A DNA stretch of 51,088 nucleotides, the filler included, from Bipalium vagum (taxonomy: Eukaryota): the NCBI GenBank assembly GCA_037834085.1. It is 3 parts of 3 records of this genome, joined end to end, with 100 filler letters (N's around TTAATTAATTAA, not from the genome) between each part and the next. Parts side by side here need not be neighbours in the genome. Positions count along the whole stretch, not along the records: positions 1 to 16,248 come from JBBMKC010120496.1; 2 more parts are not named here. One strand, written 5' to 3'. How positions within the stretch are numbered: position 1 is the first letter of the stretch; each line of letters opens with the position of its first letter. Below are positions 1-11,905 of the stretch, one piece after another. The notes below the pieces were generated by a model. It was not told where the DNA came from and searched no databases. It was given only the letters and a program-made list of their open reading frames with translations. Made by a program: the position numbers and the translations under genes.

Positions 1-505
1 TCATTATCGACTAATTTGCACTCCTCAATTGTATTGTGTTCTTGTAATATTTCTGATCCTTTGATAATAGACAAATCTTTTGAATTTATTTTTTCATGAT
101 TAATAATTTGTTTTAATTGAGAAATCGTTACGGTTTTGTCCAGCTGCATTATTTCTGGAACAAAGATATTTCCTCTTATTTGCAAAATAGTTGTCCTATT
201 GATATTTATTAATTTAATAAATATTATTTAATTACATTTAAACCCTTTTTTCAGTTCGCTGTTCATAATACAACAAATAGGATTTGATTCTAGCCCCACA
301 GATTTAGGCAAAAATTGATTATCATCGAGAATTTCGCCATTATAATGTAGTTGCATCATTTTAAAATCATTCACTGTTGTTGTATTCACTAATTTAGCAC
401 AAATTTTTTGTTTTAATGCCACAATGTTATCATTCTCTTGGACAAATAGTTTCAGTGATCTATGAAACTCGGGTATATTAAAATAAATATTAACACCAAT
501 CACAT
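1..505 (-). CDS. Tandem ubiquitin-like (UBL) domain protein, internal exons 244-505 and <1-195 (partial; runs off the window)
   Basis: Exon 244-505 (acceptor tttcag) encodes VIGVNIYFNIPEFHRSLKLFVQENDNIVALKQKICAK...QLHYNGEILDDNQFL, a UBL pattern. A 48-nt gt..ag intron (196-243) joins it in frame to TTILQIRGNIFVPEIMQLDKTVTISQLKQIINHEKINSKDLSIIKGSEILQEHNTIEECKLVDN, a second UBL pattern. Confidence 0.7.
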
Positions 506-789
506 CTGAAATATATGAATATATTCAACATCTTCATCAAATATTCCAATAGCAAAAAATATCAATGAAAAGCTGAAGTAGACTTGGCAATAACTTATTG
601 AAAAGAATCCAAAATCACTTATAAAAGAAATATTCAAAAGAATCAAAATTTTCATATCAATAGACTCTTCAGATGAAATTACTTTTATCAAGCAATTAAA
701 AGAATCTATTACTATTATCATAACAGATCGTTATAACACATATCTTTAATATTATATCAAGAAAGGAAACTTAGGCAGTTTTTAAAGGG

Positions 790-2050
790 TTCAGTTTATA
801 TTCCAGAGATCTATTATTCTACTTGATATTGTAATCTTTGTATCTCGAATTCTGACTCCAATTGTTTGTTCGTCTACAGTGATAATCATTAATAAAAATA
901 GTGGTAGACAAAACCATTTATTCAGTTTTGGCTTTAATACTGCTGCCACTATTGGTTGTTCCTCGACTAGTTGTCTAGATCGCAATGGATATCCCGAGCT
1001 CATTTCTTCTATCACTTTCTTGCATCTGTTCACGTGCACTATAATTGAGGACTTTCCTCCTCTTTTGATTTTTAGTTGTAAATTCGTGGGAGTAACTTTT
1101 TCAACTATATATGATCCTTTGAAAATTCTTTAAAGCTTCGGCAATTCTTCTTTTCATTACTTTGTCTCCAACTTGTATTGAATGTGGTTTTTCGCGTTTA
1201 TCGTAATTGTCTTTGTATTTTTCTTGATTGTACTTCATATGCAATCCTGCTCTCTGCCAGGCCTTTTGATATCTTTCATGCATTACCATTTTATAATTTT
1301 CTTCTAAATATTGTGATGCTGAAAATTCCAGATCTACTGGCATGTTCTTATCTCTTAGATACATGAGATAAAACGACGTTTTTCCTCAGGATGGGTGCAC
1401 AGCATATCTGTAGGCAAATAAACACGATGCAATATGTGCTTATATATATTGGCTTATGTTGACAACATTTTTAATAAAGTACCATTAAATTTCTCTACCA
1501 AGCCACCTGTTTGTGATCGATAAGGTGATGTGTTCAATTTTAATATCGCGAACATGAAGCATATTTCTTTTATAACCACACTCATAAAATTAGTACCGCG
1601 ATATGTCAGCAACTTTCGTGGTGCTCCGTATCTAAAGACGATTTATTCGACAAATATTTTTGGCTACTATTTCTGCCTTTTGATTTTTCATGGGAAAGGC
1701 CACTGGTCATTTTGTAAAGTAGTCACACATCACAAAAATATACTTTTCCTCTTATCGTTTCTGGTAGTGGCCTACTACATCTATTGCTGTTAGCTCCATT
1801 GGTTTGGTTGGAACTGATATAGGCTGCAATGGTAAAAGATTTTTGTGCCTGTTCCTTGTCTTGTTTGATAGACTGCTATACTGCTATATATATATATCCT
1901 CTTCCACAAATTCTTTTTCTGGCTCTTGCTTTATTCTCGACAATGCGTCAGCATTCGCATTTGGTTTTTCAGTTCTATATCAGATTTCTGTGTCGTATTC
2001 TTGTAGAATTAGAACAACGTCTGATTAATCTGCTTTCGGTGTGAAAGAGT
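790..2050 (-). mobile_element. Decayed Ty3/Gypsy LTR retrotransposon, integrase and 3' pol remnant
   Basis: Frameshifted minus-strand translation gives integrase core motifs YGAPRKLLTYRGTNFMS, LNTSPYRSQTGG, LFAYRYAVHPS and FYLMYLRDKNMPVD, then QEKYKDNYDKREKPHSIQVGDKV. Confidence 0.85.
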
Positions 2051-2241
2051 GAAAGAGGATAACATTTTTACGAATTCATAAAGAAGATATTTTATCTAAA
2101 ATTACTTTATTTTGTTCTCAGATTAATTTAAAAGCAGTTTTTTGCTAACAAACGGTAATTGAATTTAAAGCACGATAATCGAAAATCAAATATAAAAGTA
2201 TTGGGCACGCTAATCGTGTCTAAATTAACTTAAAAAATTAC

Positions 2242-2268
2242 CTACCATTAGTCGTTTTGATCTATTAT
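2242..2268 (-). CDS. Candidate 27-nt symmetric phase-1 micro-exon (NRSKRLMV), possibly of the UBL gene
   Basis: tttatttaaag acceptor, AT AAT AGA TCA AAA CGA CTA ATG GTA G, gtaatt donor. Phase is compatible with the exon starting at 505. Confidence 0.3.
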
Positions 2269-2513
2269 CTTTAAATAAAACATAAATTAAGAGTTTATTT
2301 AAGTCATTCAATAAAAGTTGGAATCTGTGCATATAAATATAAATTATATAAAACGCAACTTTATCTGTTCATTCTTTCTACATTATTAAATCATTGTGTT
2401 CAGTTTTTTATAGTAATCAGAACAACTTTAAATCGTAAAACAACAAACTCAACATTATAATGAAAAAAATTATATATTATGAAATAAAAATAAATAATAT
2501 AACCGAAACCAAC

Positions 2514-2558
2514 TTAGTATCTGTTTCAAATTGCTTTCAATGGCTTGCTTTTGAATTT
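2514..2558 (-). CDS. Candidate 45-nt symmetric phase-1 exon (IQKQAIESNLKQIL), possibly of the UBL gene
   Basis: ttgttcttttag acceptor, open frame, gttggt donor. Phase 1 at both ends. Confidence 0.35.
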
Positions 2559-2989
2559 CTAAAAGAACAAGACTTAATTTAAATATCCAAATGTGTAATT
2601 TTTAATTATTATTGTGATTAGAAAATAGAAAATATATATTATTTCATGATTCGCAAAAATAAAATAATGCAAAATTTTTATCAACTATAAGGATGATATT
2701 TTGCGTTATTTTTTTAACACCCTGTATAATTTATGAATTTTCTTAAAATTTTTTTTCTAATTTCTAAAAAATATGTCCAAAAAGATGTCATTGATTTATG
2801 AGAATATTTTTTAGATGTTTTGAATCAATTTTATAATCACTAAAATCTATAAAATACCTGTAAATCGATCCCAAAAATATAAAGTTTGTTATATATCGTA
2901 GAAATTTGTCATTCAAAATTTAGCTTTTGTTTTAGGGTTGAATTTAATTTTGCCAGATTTTAAAATATAATTTCTATGGATCAATGTTA

Positions 2990-4262
2990 CGAAGGTTGTC
3001 CTTTAAGTTTTACATAGAGACAAAAATATGGAAAAAAGACTAAAATACTTTATTGCTTTTCAAAATATTTTTAACAAAGATTTATGCACTTCCATGCGTT
3101 GAAACCAATTATGAAAGCAGTTATTCCACTCATCAACACCAAAAATTTCCATTTTGAACATGTCGATTGCCTCTTCCGGTGACTTGAGCCGTTGCCCACG
3201 AAGTTTATGCTTGATGTTTGAAAATATGAAAAAGTTGTTTGGGCTTGAGTTGGGACTATATGGTGGATGACCAAATAATTCTACATTTTGAAGTGATATA
3301 ACAATCTATTGTTGCTAGAGCTGTATGTGAACTGGCCTTGTCGCGATGAAGAATGATTTGGGGTTTTATGTTTATTCTTCGAAGAACTGAAATTATTTCT
3401 GGCAAACATATTGTTGTATATAATTGCGTATTAATTGTTTTTTCATTTTATAAAGGAATTGTAGGGACTTGGCCTGCTTTTGAGACAAACATTGAGATCA
3501 TCTGCTTTGATACACTACGAGAACGGGTAACTTTTGTCGAACTCTCTTCAGATTGGCACACCCAAACACAAGATTGACTTTTCTTTTCAGGCTCGTACGA
3601 ATAAATTTATGATTCGTCATCACTGACAATGTTGCATATATTTTTGAGCTTCCGTTGTTGATTCTATTCAAGGTTTTTCGGCCCCAATTGACTCCAGATC
3701 CTTTTTTTCATCATTTAGATGTGAGATTCAACTGGAAACTAACTTCCCCACATTCAGTTCCTCGTGCAGGATCTTATACAATAAGGTCTTTAAAATTCTA
3801 AACGAACACTTCATTTCACAATATGTTGCATGTCGTTCTCCCTTGACTAGCTGATTTACAGCATCGATTTTTTTATCGGTAACTTCTGGCCTTGGTGCAA
3901 CAGTTCTTCGCTCATCGATCAGACTAGAGCGTCCACGTTGACAATCTCATTACCAGCAGGAAATTGTGAACTGTTGTGGTGCCTCATCCCCAAGAACAGA
4001 TATCATTTAAGATCGACATTGTTCTTCAGATAATCTTCTTCGAAAATTTTACAGGATTATTACTCGTACATTTTCTCTCGTGAATTCAATTTTTTCATTG
4101 ATTATGTTTTTAAATATTTGCTGTAAACAAAGACTTTGAAATAATTTAAACAAAATTTATAATTTTTAGTATCTAAATGTAGACATTTGCTTTACATAAT
4201 CCTATTTTATTATTATTGGATAGTTGTATGCACCCATATGCAAAACTTAAAAGAACCCCTTG
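2990..4262 (-). mobile_element. Full-length decayed mariner element (about 1.27 kb)
   Basis: Degenerate TIRs (TA)cgaaggttgtcctttaagtttt and aaaacttaaaagaaccccttg(TA). Pseudo-transposase includes RENVRVII..FRR at the N-terminus, IVSDDES*IYSYEPE and HHPHIVPTQ, a decayed HPPYSPDL region. Confidence 0.9.
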
Positions 4263-4264
4263 TA

Positions 4265-4330
4265 TAACGTTCGATTTTATTTCTTACTGGGAAAAACTGC
4301 GCGGGAAACATTAATCAAGGTGACTGATCA
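4265..4330 (+). mobile_element. Mariner N-terminal fragment
   Basis: YNVRFYFLLGKTARETL resembles the mariner HTH start IKFCFKLGKTATET. Confidence 0.6.
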
Positions 4331-4870
4331 AAAACTGATTTTAGATGGGTTAAGAAGACCGAAAATTGAGCTTTTAGGTTACTTATCAAAATTTTTAATA
4401 CCACAAGTGTTTACGGATGAACGTTTTAGCACAAAAACTGAAAATCACTGTCACAATGTAAAATAAACCAGTTGAAAAAGATTTAACAATTGTTTAATAA
4501 ATCTTTATTGATAAAGTTCTTTTACAATGGTCTAGGGTACAATTTTTAGGAGATCTTAACTGTCGATCAAAGATATCTTTAGACACAGAATAGTCTGGTG
4601 TGCTAAAGTCCTCAGATGTTTGCCAGCTAGCAACTGTGCAAACTTAAAACAAAACGGAAAAACAAGAAGAACAATAAAAATTTATATAATACTCGATTAA
4701 GAACCGAGTATTTATTTGTAAGAATAATGAATTCAGAATTTAAGTCAATCGGTTAAGATTCCTAAAATTTGTTATTTTATATCAAATTTAATTTAATAAG
4801 GATACTTCTGTTTCGATTAAATCGAACAGAGTATATGTAATAACAATAATGTTAATAATAAAAATAATGT

Positions 4871-5547
4871 TTACTAGTAGTTCTGAGTGTTCTGCCTACC
4901 ACTACCACTGTCACTTGAAAATGAAGTGTAGGAGAAAGGTTGCGAGGGAGGTGGTCGGTGTAAGATAGCTTCATTGCTATTATGAATATGTATTTCTTCC
5001 ATCATTAGTCAAAGATCTTTTGCCAGGGATAGTTCAATACTGAATCATATTTCCCGTAAGAGATGTGTGTCTTGAACAAACTGAACATCTTTCTAGTCGG
5101 AACTTGCTCTTACCAAAGGTGCTAAATCCTTAATGTTGAGGCGGGTAGTCAAAGAATTTAACCTTAGGGTTCCGTTTGGTTGTTGATTCAGTAATTCCCT
5201 GAGTTGTGGTATATATTGAAAATCAATATATCCAGCAATCAGAGTGGTAGGAATGCTGCAAATTGTTAGAAAATAGTCAAACTGATTTGCGACGAGTATT
5301 TCATCTGCAACGGCTTCTTTGACATCCTTAAAAGCTTGGAGGTCGTGAGTACCACAATTAACGGCTGCGTCTGATATGCCGAATTGCTTAAAATTTGACT
5401 TTTACCGATTACGAGGAGAGATGATGGTGCGAAGGACATTTTTGCTATGGTAATTCAAAACATGTATGTCGAAAGAAACATGCTCTGAAATTAGACTACC
5501 GGATTTGAAGGTAGTGAGTTCAACAAAAACTTTTCGCTGTAGGACCA
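4871..5547 (-). pseudogene. Fossil ORF of unknown family (about 224 codons, 4 internal stops)
   Basis: A single frame runs from VLQRKVFVELTTFKSG to SDSGSGRQNTQNY** with stops only at 5402, 5093, 5045 and 5009. GC content is above background. Confidence 0.55.
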
Positions 5548-5760
5548 AAAGCCACATGAAATAGCGATGGAAAATATCAGCAATAAAAAAAACTAGCACG
5601 AATATCAAAGTCGAAAAGTGCATGCTCATCATTCTTCTGATATTAAAGAGTTAATTCACCACAAATTTGTTCCTGGAGACCAAACTGTTGATCAATATAT
5701 TTACAAAAATGTTCTCACGAGATTATTTGAAAAAATACAAAAGAAAAGACCATTAAAACC
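5548..5760 (+). mobile_element. Mariner catalytic-core fragment
   Basis: DIKELIHHKFVPGDQTVDQYIYKNVLTRLFEKIQKKRP matches the mariner DIKGIVHHEFVPPGQTVN..Y...L.RL...I.KKRP pattern. Confidence 0.85.
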
Positions 5761-5809
5761 GATTTCGTTTACATATTTTTCAAAGCTAAAAAAACTAGTA
5801 GTTTTTCTA

Positions 5810-6240
5810 AATATTAAAAAAAGGTTACCATTAAAAGAATGAGTTTGAGCAGCATACTAAAATAAAGATTCCCCATTATTGCACAGCAAACAGATATGTT
5901 TCTTGATCTTAAAGATTGGACAACCTGAATAAGTTTTTTACCTCTCTTAGATTTTATGTTTAGATTAAAGCCAACTTCGTCAATAAAAAAATACGTTACT
6001 TTCAGAAACTTGAAAAGGAAGCTTAATAAATTCTTTTTCATAGCAAAATCTTGAATTTTTATTTTCATTTCTTTTTTCTGGAATATTATGCACCCGTTTC
6101 AAGGTATAATTACAAAAATTCTGTAAAATCTGATATAACATTGTTGATTGAATTCTTTAAAACATTATCAAGAATTTTTGTTAAAGAGATTGAACAGTCG
6201 TCATCAATCCATTCTGTAATAACATTTTGCTGTTCAAAAT
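5810..6240 (-). mobile_element. Tc1/IS630-like transposase fragment
   Basis: YFFIDEVGFNLNIKSKRG and RSRNISVCCAI (first catalytic D region). Confidence 0.8.
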
Positions 6241-6289
6241 AACAAAGTCCAAATTAAACTATACTATATCAAAATTAAAATAACATTTT

Positions 6290-6930
6290 CAACATAGACA
6301 TTTACAATGTCAAAATAGAGTTGAAAACGGTATATGGTTGGGCTAAAGATATGAGTCAAATGGATATTACGTTCGAGATAAATGCTAATGACAATATCAT
6401 TTATGACTGGTTTATTTTTTGTCGTGAATCGTATGAGCAATGATTGGAAAATAACGCGATAGAAATAAATTATTTATCATATTATGCGATGCTTTTACAT
6501 ATCAAAATTATATATATTAAAAATGGTCCGATTAATTATATCGTAATATCCACACAATCGTATTAATCGACTTCCTCTGCATATGGTATGAATAAACAAG
6601 GAAAAACATTGGTGGAAGAAATTGATGAGACAGCGACAGTGTTGATGTTTTTTGGTATACGCATCTGACTGATGAAAGGAAGCATTTGAGCAGCATATAA
6701 TACGATGGATATTAATAAGAATTCATTAATTAATCCCATTAATTGCTGATGGCGTATATACTCAAATCTTATATCAACCAAATTTTTTGGAACTCATACT
6801 CAGTCAATGGAACATTTGTAGATAAGATGTAAACGCAAAATTCGTCGTAGGTTTGGAATCATTAATGATCTCTATCTTTCCTATTTGCATGAATTTGTTT
6901 GCAGAACTTTATCAAAACAACAAAACCAAA
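6290..6930 (+). mobile_element. Merlin (IS1595/ISXO2-like) DNA transposon remnant
   Basis: DWFIFCRE, GKTLVEEIDET, GTHTQSMEHL*..CKRK and YLSYLHEFVCR match the ISXO2 motifs DW.NFCRE, VEIDE, HTQ.IE..W and YL.EF..R. Confidence 0.8.
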
Positions 6931-6938
6931 GTCGTTTA

Positions 6939-7470
6939 TTAGGGTGGGTCATCATCATTTTCGTTTTTTTATAAGAGAGTTAAAAACGAAATTAAAACAA
7001 GAAAATATTTTATTAATTCTCAAAGCAAAGTTACATTACATTCAATGATCTTAAGTCATCTGTCCATCAATTTTTCCATTCCGTGATGATGCCAATCCTT
7101 GTCTTTGGACATAAAACAGTCTCGAAATTCCGTTATTGAAGGTATGTCCTTTGAGGAAATGTGCTTATCAAAAAAGATAATAATCCGATGGCTCCAGATT
7201 CGGACTATACGCTGGATGTGTTAAAAGCTCAACAGATTCTAATTCTTTGAATTTTTTTCTTCGCTGTGTGTAGTTTGGCGTTATCTTGTTCCAGAAGGAC
7301 TCGCTTTCTATATCAATGTCGGATATTTTTACAGTAATTTGGCAAACATGCGATCTATATCAGGATTGGTGTAGATTCCACTTTTCATCTGAAGTAACAA
7401 TTTGGTGAATAAATCGGTCATCATGTGGATTTTGAAGCAGTTTTGCCTGACTTTATGTTAACTTAATGTC
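6939..7470 (-). mobile_element. Mariner 3' remnant
   Basis: TIR (TA)ttagggtgggtc, with motifs HPAYSPNLEPSDYY and DRFIHQIVTSDEKW. Confidence 0.85.
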
Positions 7471-7549
7471 TCGAATCATGGCTATTACGAACTTCTTATT
7501 AACTTTATTCAAGCAAATCTTTATTCTGCTCTTCAGCTGCTAAATGAAA

Positions 7550-7960
7550 ATTGATTTTCAACCGTCTCTGTAAACCTCAAGGCACAGAAGATTCGAAAAG
7601 CCATCAATTGATCTCATTTTGTTCGCATATATTGGGACAAAAATTATTTTTTCATAGTCAATCAATGTTAAGTTTTCGTCCAGTAATGACTTCTAGCAAG
7701 ATCAGACAAGAATATTATTTTATCTTCCAAGTGCCCTGGTAATCTTTTTCAATTTGATTGAAACCAATTTTCTCTACATTTTGACTCACTGTTTCTTTCG
7801 AAATTCAAAATTGTTCACCAAACTTCCGATTACAGACTCCAATATTGTTCTTAGCAGCATTTTTCAATGAAAGGAGTTCAATCTGATTTAAAAGTCTTGA
7901 AAAACCTCTCCTTTTGTGCCAGAACGTGGTTTATCAGCGTCGAAAAGTATTTCTTACGAA
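7550..7960 (-). mobile_element. Tc1-like N-terminal fragment
   Basis: DKPRSGTK (decayed GRPR motif) followed by decayed HTH-like sequence. Confidence 0.4.
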
Positions 7961-9029
7961 ACGAAATATATTTCTTATAATATCTGCTTTTTCTCTGATA
8001 ATTTTAGCATTGTATTTACTTTATAAATAAAAAAATGTATTAAACTCGGATGAATGAGGCATATTAGAACGAATTATCACTAAAGATAAATGAAAAATAC
8101 TACACATAACGAATAAAAGAGAAAAGTTATAAAACTAACGTAAAATTTGTATAGCAATATCTTCGGATAATGAAGGATTCGAAATCGTAACGTTGTCATC
8201 TAAAGATAATTATAAAAATATTATAAATGATAAAATTTATATATATAATATTAAGAGAAAAATATGTGAAAACAATACATCAGTCATCAAGAAGTGACAG
8301 GTTTGGTAGATCGAATAAGTATTGTCAGTCGTAAAGAAAAATAACAAAGATAAATCAATATCAATTTGGTAAATTTAAATAACATGTTTTCATTGAAAAG
8401 CGAAAATTTTTAAATGAGCCTTAAAGTAGTACAATATTAAAGTTTCACACGATTCATTGTTATAAAGAGAATGAATCACAATCAAATAATGGCAGAATTG
8501 TTTGGTGTCTATCAAAAAGCACTACCCATATACGAACAATGCATCGTTGTTAAGATGAATTTCTGAATTTTAGGACACTTGTTTTCCATGACCACAAGTA
8601 TGGATGGCCTCCTGAAATCAATGACAAAATAACTAAGAAGCTGATGAAATTATGTAGACTTTGAAGGAAATTATTTTGAGAAATAGCGTCTATGCTGGTT
8701 GCATGTTCTTTTTCAAAATATAATAAATTTTGCATGACTTTCTGAACCAGTGACAAAACTTATTGTGCGAATCGCGAAAATTATATATTTTTGTAATTTC
8801 TTAAAAATTGAAAATATCTTCTACATGAACCACTATTTTATTAAAACAAGAATTTATTGAATATAATCACAATCATTATAATTCTTTGTTGATTTTTTTC
8901 ACTTTTCAAGCCCATTTATTAACAACTTTAAAATTTTAAAATCGCTGTTCTCAGTCCCCAACTGTTATTTATTTAAACAACCTGAAGAGGAAGTGATTTG
9001 CTAATTCATTCTACAACTTTTTTTCTGTC

Positions 9030-9660
9030 AACACTGTTGAACTGTACCAGCCTACATGTTCCTACATGATTTACCAACAAATAAAAAATTTGAAAAAGTC
9101 GGCAACTGTAGAAATTGCTATGGGAAAGAAGAAACTTCCTCACACGCCTTATGCAGCTGCATCTACATAAGCCTATGGTACGAAAAATGGACAATGATGT
9201 ACGCGAAATCTTAGTTAATTTGTTGACCAAGCTTAAAAAGCAATGGGAAATGCACGTTGAAAAGAAATGAATTTTTCAGGAAAAAATATAATTCCTGATA
9301 TAAAATTAGTGAATAAGAGGCTTAAAAGATATTTAATTATAGACGTCAAAGCTCCCTTTGAATCAGAGATTTCTATCAAGGTTAATGACGAAACAAAAAA
9401 GCAAAAATATCAGACTTTATTGGATGAAGCTCAATCCGAACTCGGAAGAACATAGTATTATGATATCAGAACATTTATAACCGGTGCCGGGGATTCGTGG
9501 ATCCGATCAAACTATCAAACACTCGGGGCATTTGGATTTAAAATAGTAGAAATTAATTTAATTATGGAAAATGTGCGGCCAGAACGATCATTAACACCCA
9601 TAATATCTGGAAAATATTCATAGCCAGAGCAGAGACAAACATTAAAAAAAACTTCCCCAT
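9030..9660 (+). mobile_element. Non-LTR retrotransposon 3' end with restriction-like endonuclease (R2/NeSL/R4-type), decayed
   Basis: CCHC finger CRNCYGKEETSSHALCSC followed by IIPDIKLVN..YLIIDVKAPFE...KKQKYQTL, which carries the PD..D and K..KY motifs. Confidence 0.85.
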
Positions 9661-10359
9661 GTCAATGACAACCACATCTTTGATTTGAAATGAATCACTG
9701 TTTTTGTTTTAGTGCCGTCGAAATAATATTTGGTTAATACATATGATGCGAAGAACAACTGTGGTTTTTCTTCAAGGAAATTTTTTTACAAAAATCTTTC
9801 CTTTTTATTTCAATCAGTCAATTATTATAAATAAAACTGCAATCCATTTTAAACTTTACAAATCTCTTTAACATCAGACAGTGATAATTAAGTACCGTCT
9901 AATTAATTTATTAACTATGGGCTATTTTTCACATTTTTGAAATTTTATATAATTGGTTTAATTTTTCAGTTTACATCTTAAAATCGATTAATCAAGTTTG
10001 CTAAGATTTAAAATGACCTTTTCATAAGCAATCGATAACTTTCATGTGTATTTTTATATTGACGGAACACCTAAAGTTATATTATACATTAAACAATTAG
10101 ATTGTACTAAAAGTTCTTCATTTGTTTACCAAAAATATCACATCAATGCCATATCAAAGATATGGGATTCATGAAAGTAATAACTTCAGGAAAATCACAC
10201 TAGATAACGCTTTGAACGGAACAAAATAGCTAATTTTTGAAACAATTGGCAATGAGATAAAAAATAGATTTACCACAACAATGTTCATTAGAAAAGATCG
10301 TCGTAAAAGTTAAAGGAAGCAGTACATACGTCGTCTAAGATTGATATTCTATATTCTAT

Positions 10360-10682
10360 TTGACTTTTCGGAAAAATCAATGAACTTTGTTTAAAAAGTA
10401 TTACCACATGTACCCTATATTCTAGACCTCATCCTTTCCGATTACCATATTTTCGCTATATGCAAAACTTCTAATGATAAATTTTTTAATAATGACGATG
10501 ACTTCAAGTCCAAATCTGCAGTTTTGAAGAGTTGAACAAGGAATTTTTATGCTTCATAGGAGATGGCACTGACCCTTGATAACAGTGGATAATTCAAAAT
10601 TTGATAGAAATATATTTTCTTATAGTATCATGTTTTTTATTTCTTTAAAAATGTAAGCTATTGATTTCTTCCAAACCAATTA
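10360..10682 (+). mobile_element. Mariner 3' remnant
   Basis: LPHVPYILDLILSDYHIF is a decayed HPPYSPDLAPSDYHLF. Confidence 0.75.
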
Positions 10683-11109
10683 TTTTTGATACATTAATAT
10701 TAATAATATTTATTATTTCTCTTATTTGATTATAAAAATTATGAAAGCAGTTGAACTGAAAATACAAAAATCGTTTTACACCCATTTATCGATTACGATA
10801 CTAACTTGAAGTATTGGGAATATGAATTAGTGAGACAGTATCTTCAACATCGACATCTGAAAACGAACTTTCATTAGAAAATGCATTAGAATGAAAAAAA
10901 AAACATTAATTATTCAAGTTTAAAACCTTTTGCATATATATATTTGAAGAATGCTACTCATAAAAACCTTTCTGATTGATAAAATAATAATTTTAAATTA
11001 TTTTCCTTACCGAAAACTTGATTTTAAAAATGAATAGAGTAAAACTTGTTAAATTGATCATCTCCTGTTACCAAAATCGTTCAATTTAAAATGTTTTAGA
11101 TAATATATA

Positions 11110-11430
11110 CAGTGTGTCAAGTAAGTTTTAAGACTGCATGTGAAATCAAAAGAAACCAATATGCAGAAATTTTATTTATTCAGAATAGTTCACTCTTGCT
11201 TCAATGCACCGGTTACAACGATTCATTAAAGATTGAAATGCCGGTTCAAGCTCATGTTGCGGAATTTCCTCCAAATGCGCATCGATGCCGTTTGTATGAT
11301 TGGCACATCATCAAAATAACACCATTTTAACTTCATTTTGATTTTCTGGCCTAAGGAAAAGTATGAATGTGCTAAATCAGGAGAATACGATGGCTGATTC
11401 CACACACAGACATTTTGTTTTTTCAAAAAC
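11110..11430 (-). mobile_element. Mariner 3' remnant
   Basis: TIR (TA)cagtgtgtcaagtaagttt, with NQPSYSPDLAHSYFSL..KIKMKLK..FDDV. Confidence 0.85.
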
Positions 11431-11757
11431 CGAGAAGGTAAACACAGTATTTAACTTTTTAGATACTATTGTTTGTATTAATTTTGCAAATGGTGATAAA
11501 GTGGAATCAAAATCATTATAAATAACAAAGGTAGATAATATTGTTAAGTGCTCCATTGCTCTGGACACTGTTAATTCTTTTTGAATTCAGATATTTCACT
11601 GGATGGCAATAATAAACCTTAAAAGCTCTAATGATCCCTGTGTCAACTGACTATTTTCCTGTAGTTTTATTAACTAAGCTAACTTTACTTTTAGTATTTA
11701 TTTAAATTATCTAGTTAAAGTATATATTATTATTCGTAAAAAATATATGAGAAAAAA

Positions 11758-11905
11758 ATACTTTCTTGCTGGCTTCTACGTTGTTTGACATCTAGATGAA
11801 GTATTAAATAATTATTAAAATAAATATTTCAAAAATTAAAAGAAACAATACTTTCTTGATGGTTTCTGCGTCGCTTGACATCTAGATGAGATATTATTTA
11901 ATTAT
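11758..11905. repeat. Imperfect direct repeat, period about 90 bp
   Basis: atactttcttgctggcttctacgttgtttgacatctagatga versus atactttcttgatggtttctgcgtcgcttgacatctagatga. Confidence 0.8.

Noticed and set aside
500-721. 73-aa hydrophobic ORF
   Set aside because: No motif, and it overlaps the acceptor region of the UBL exon. Typical spurious AT-rich ORF.
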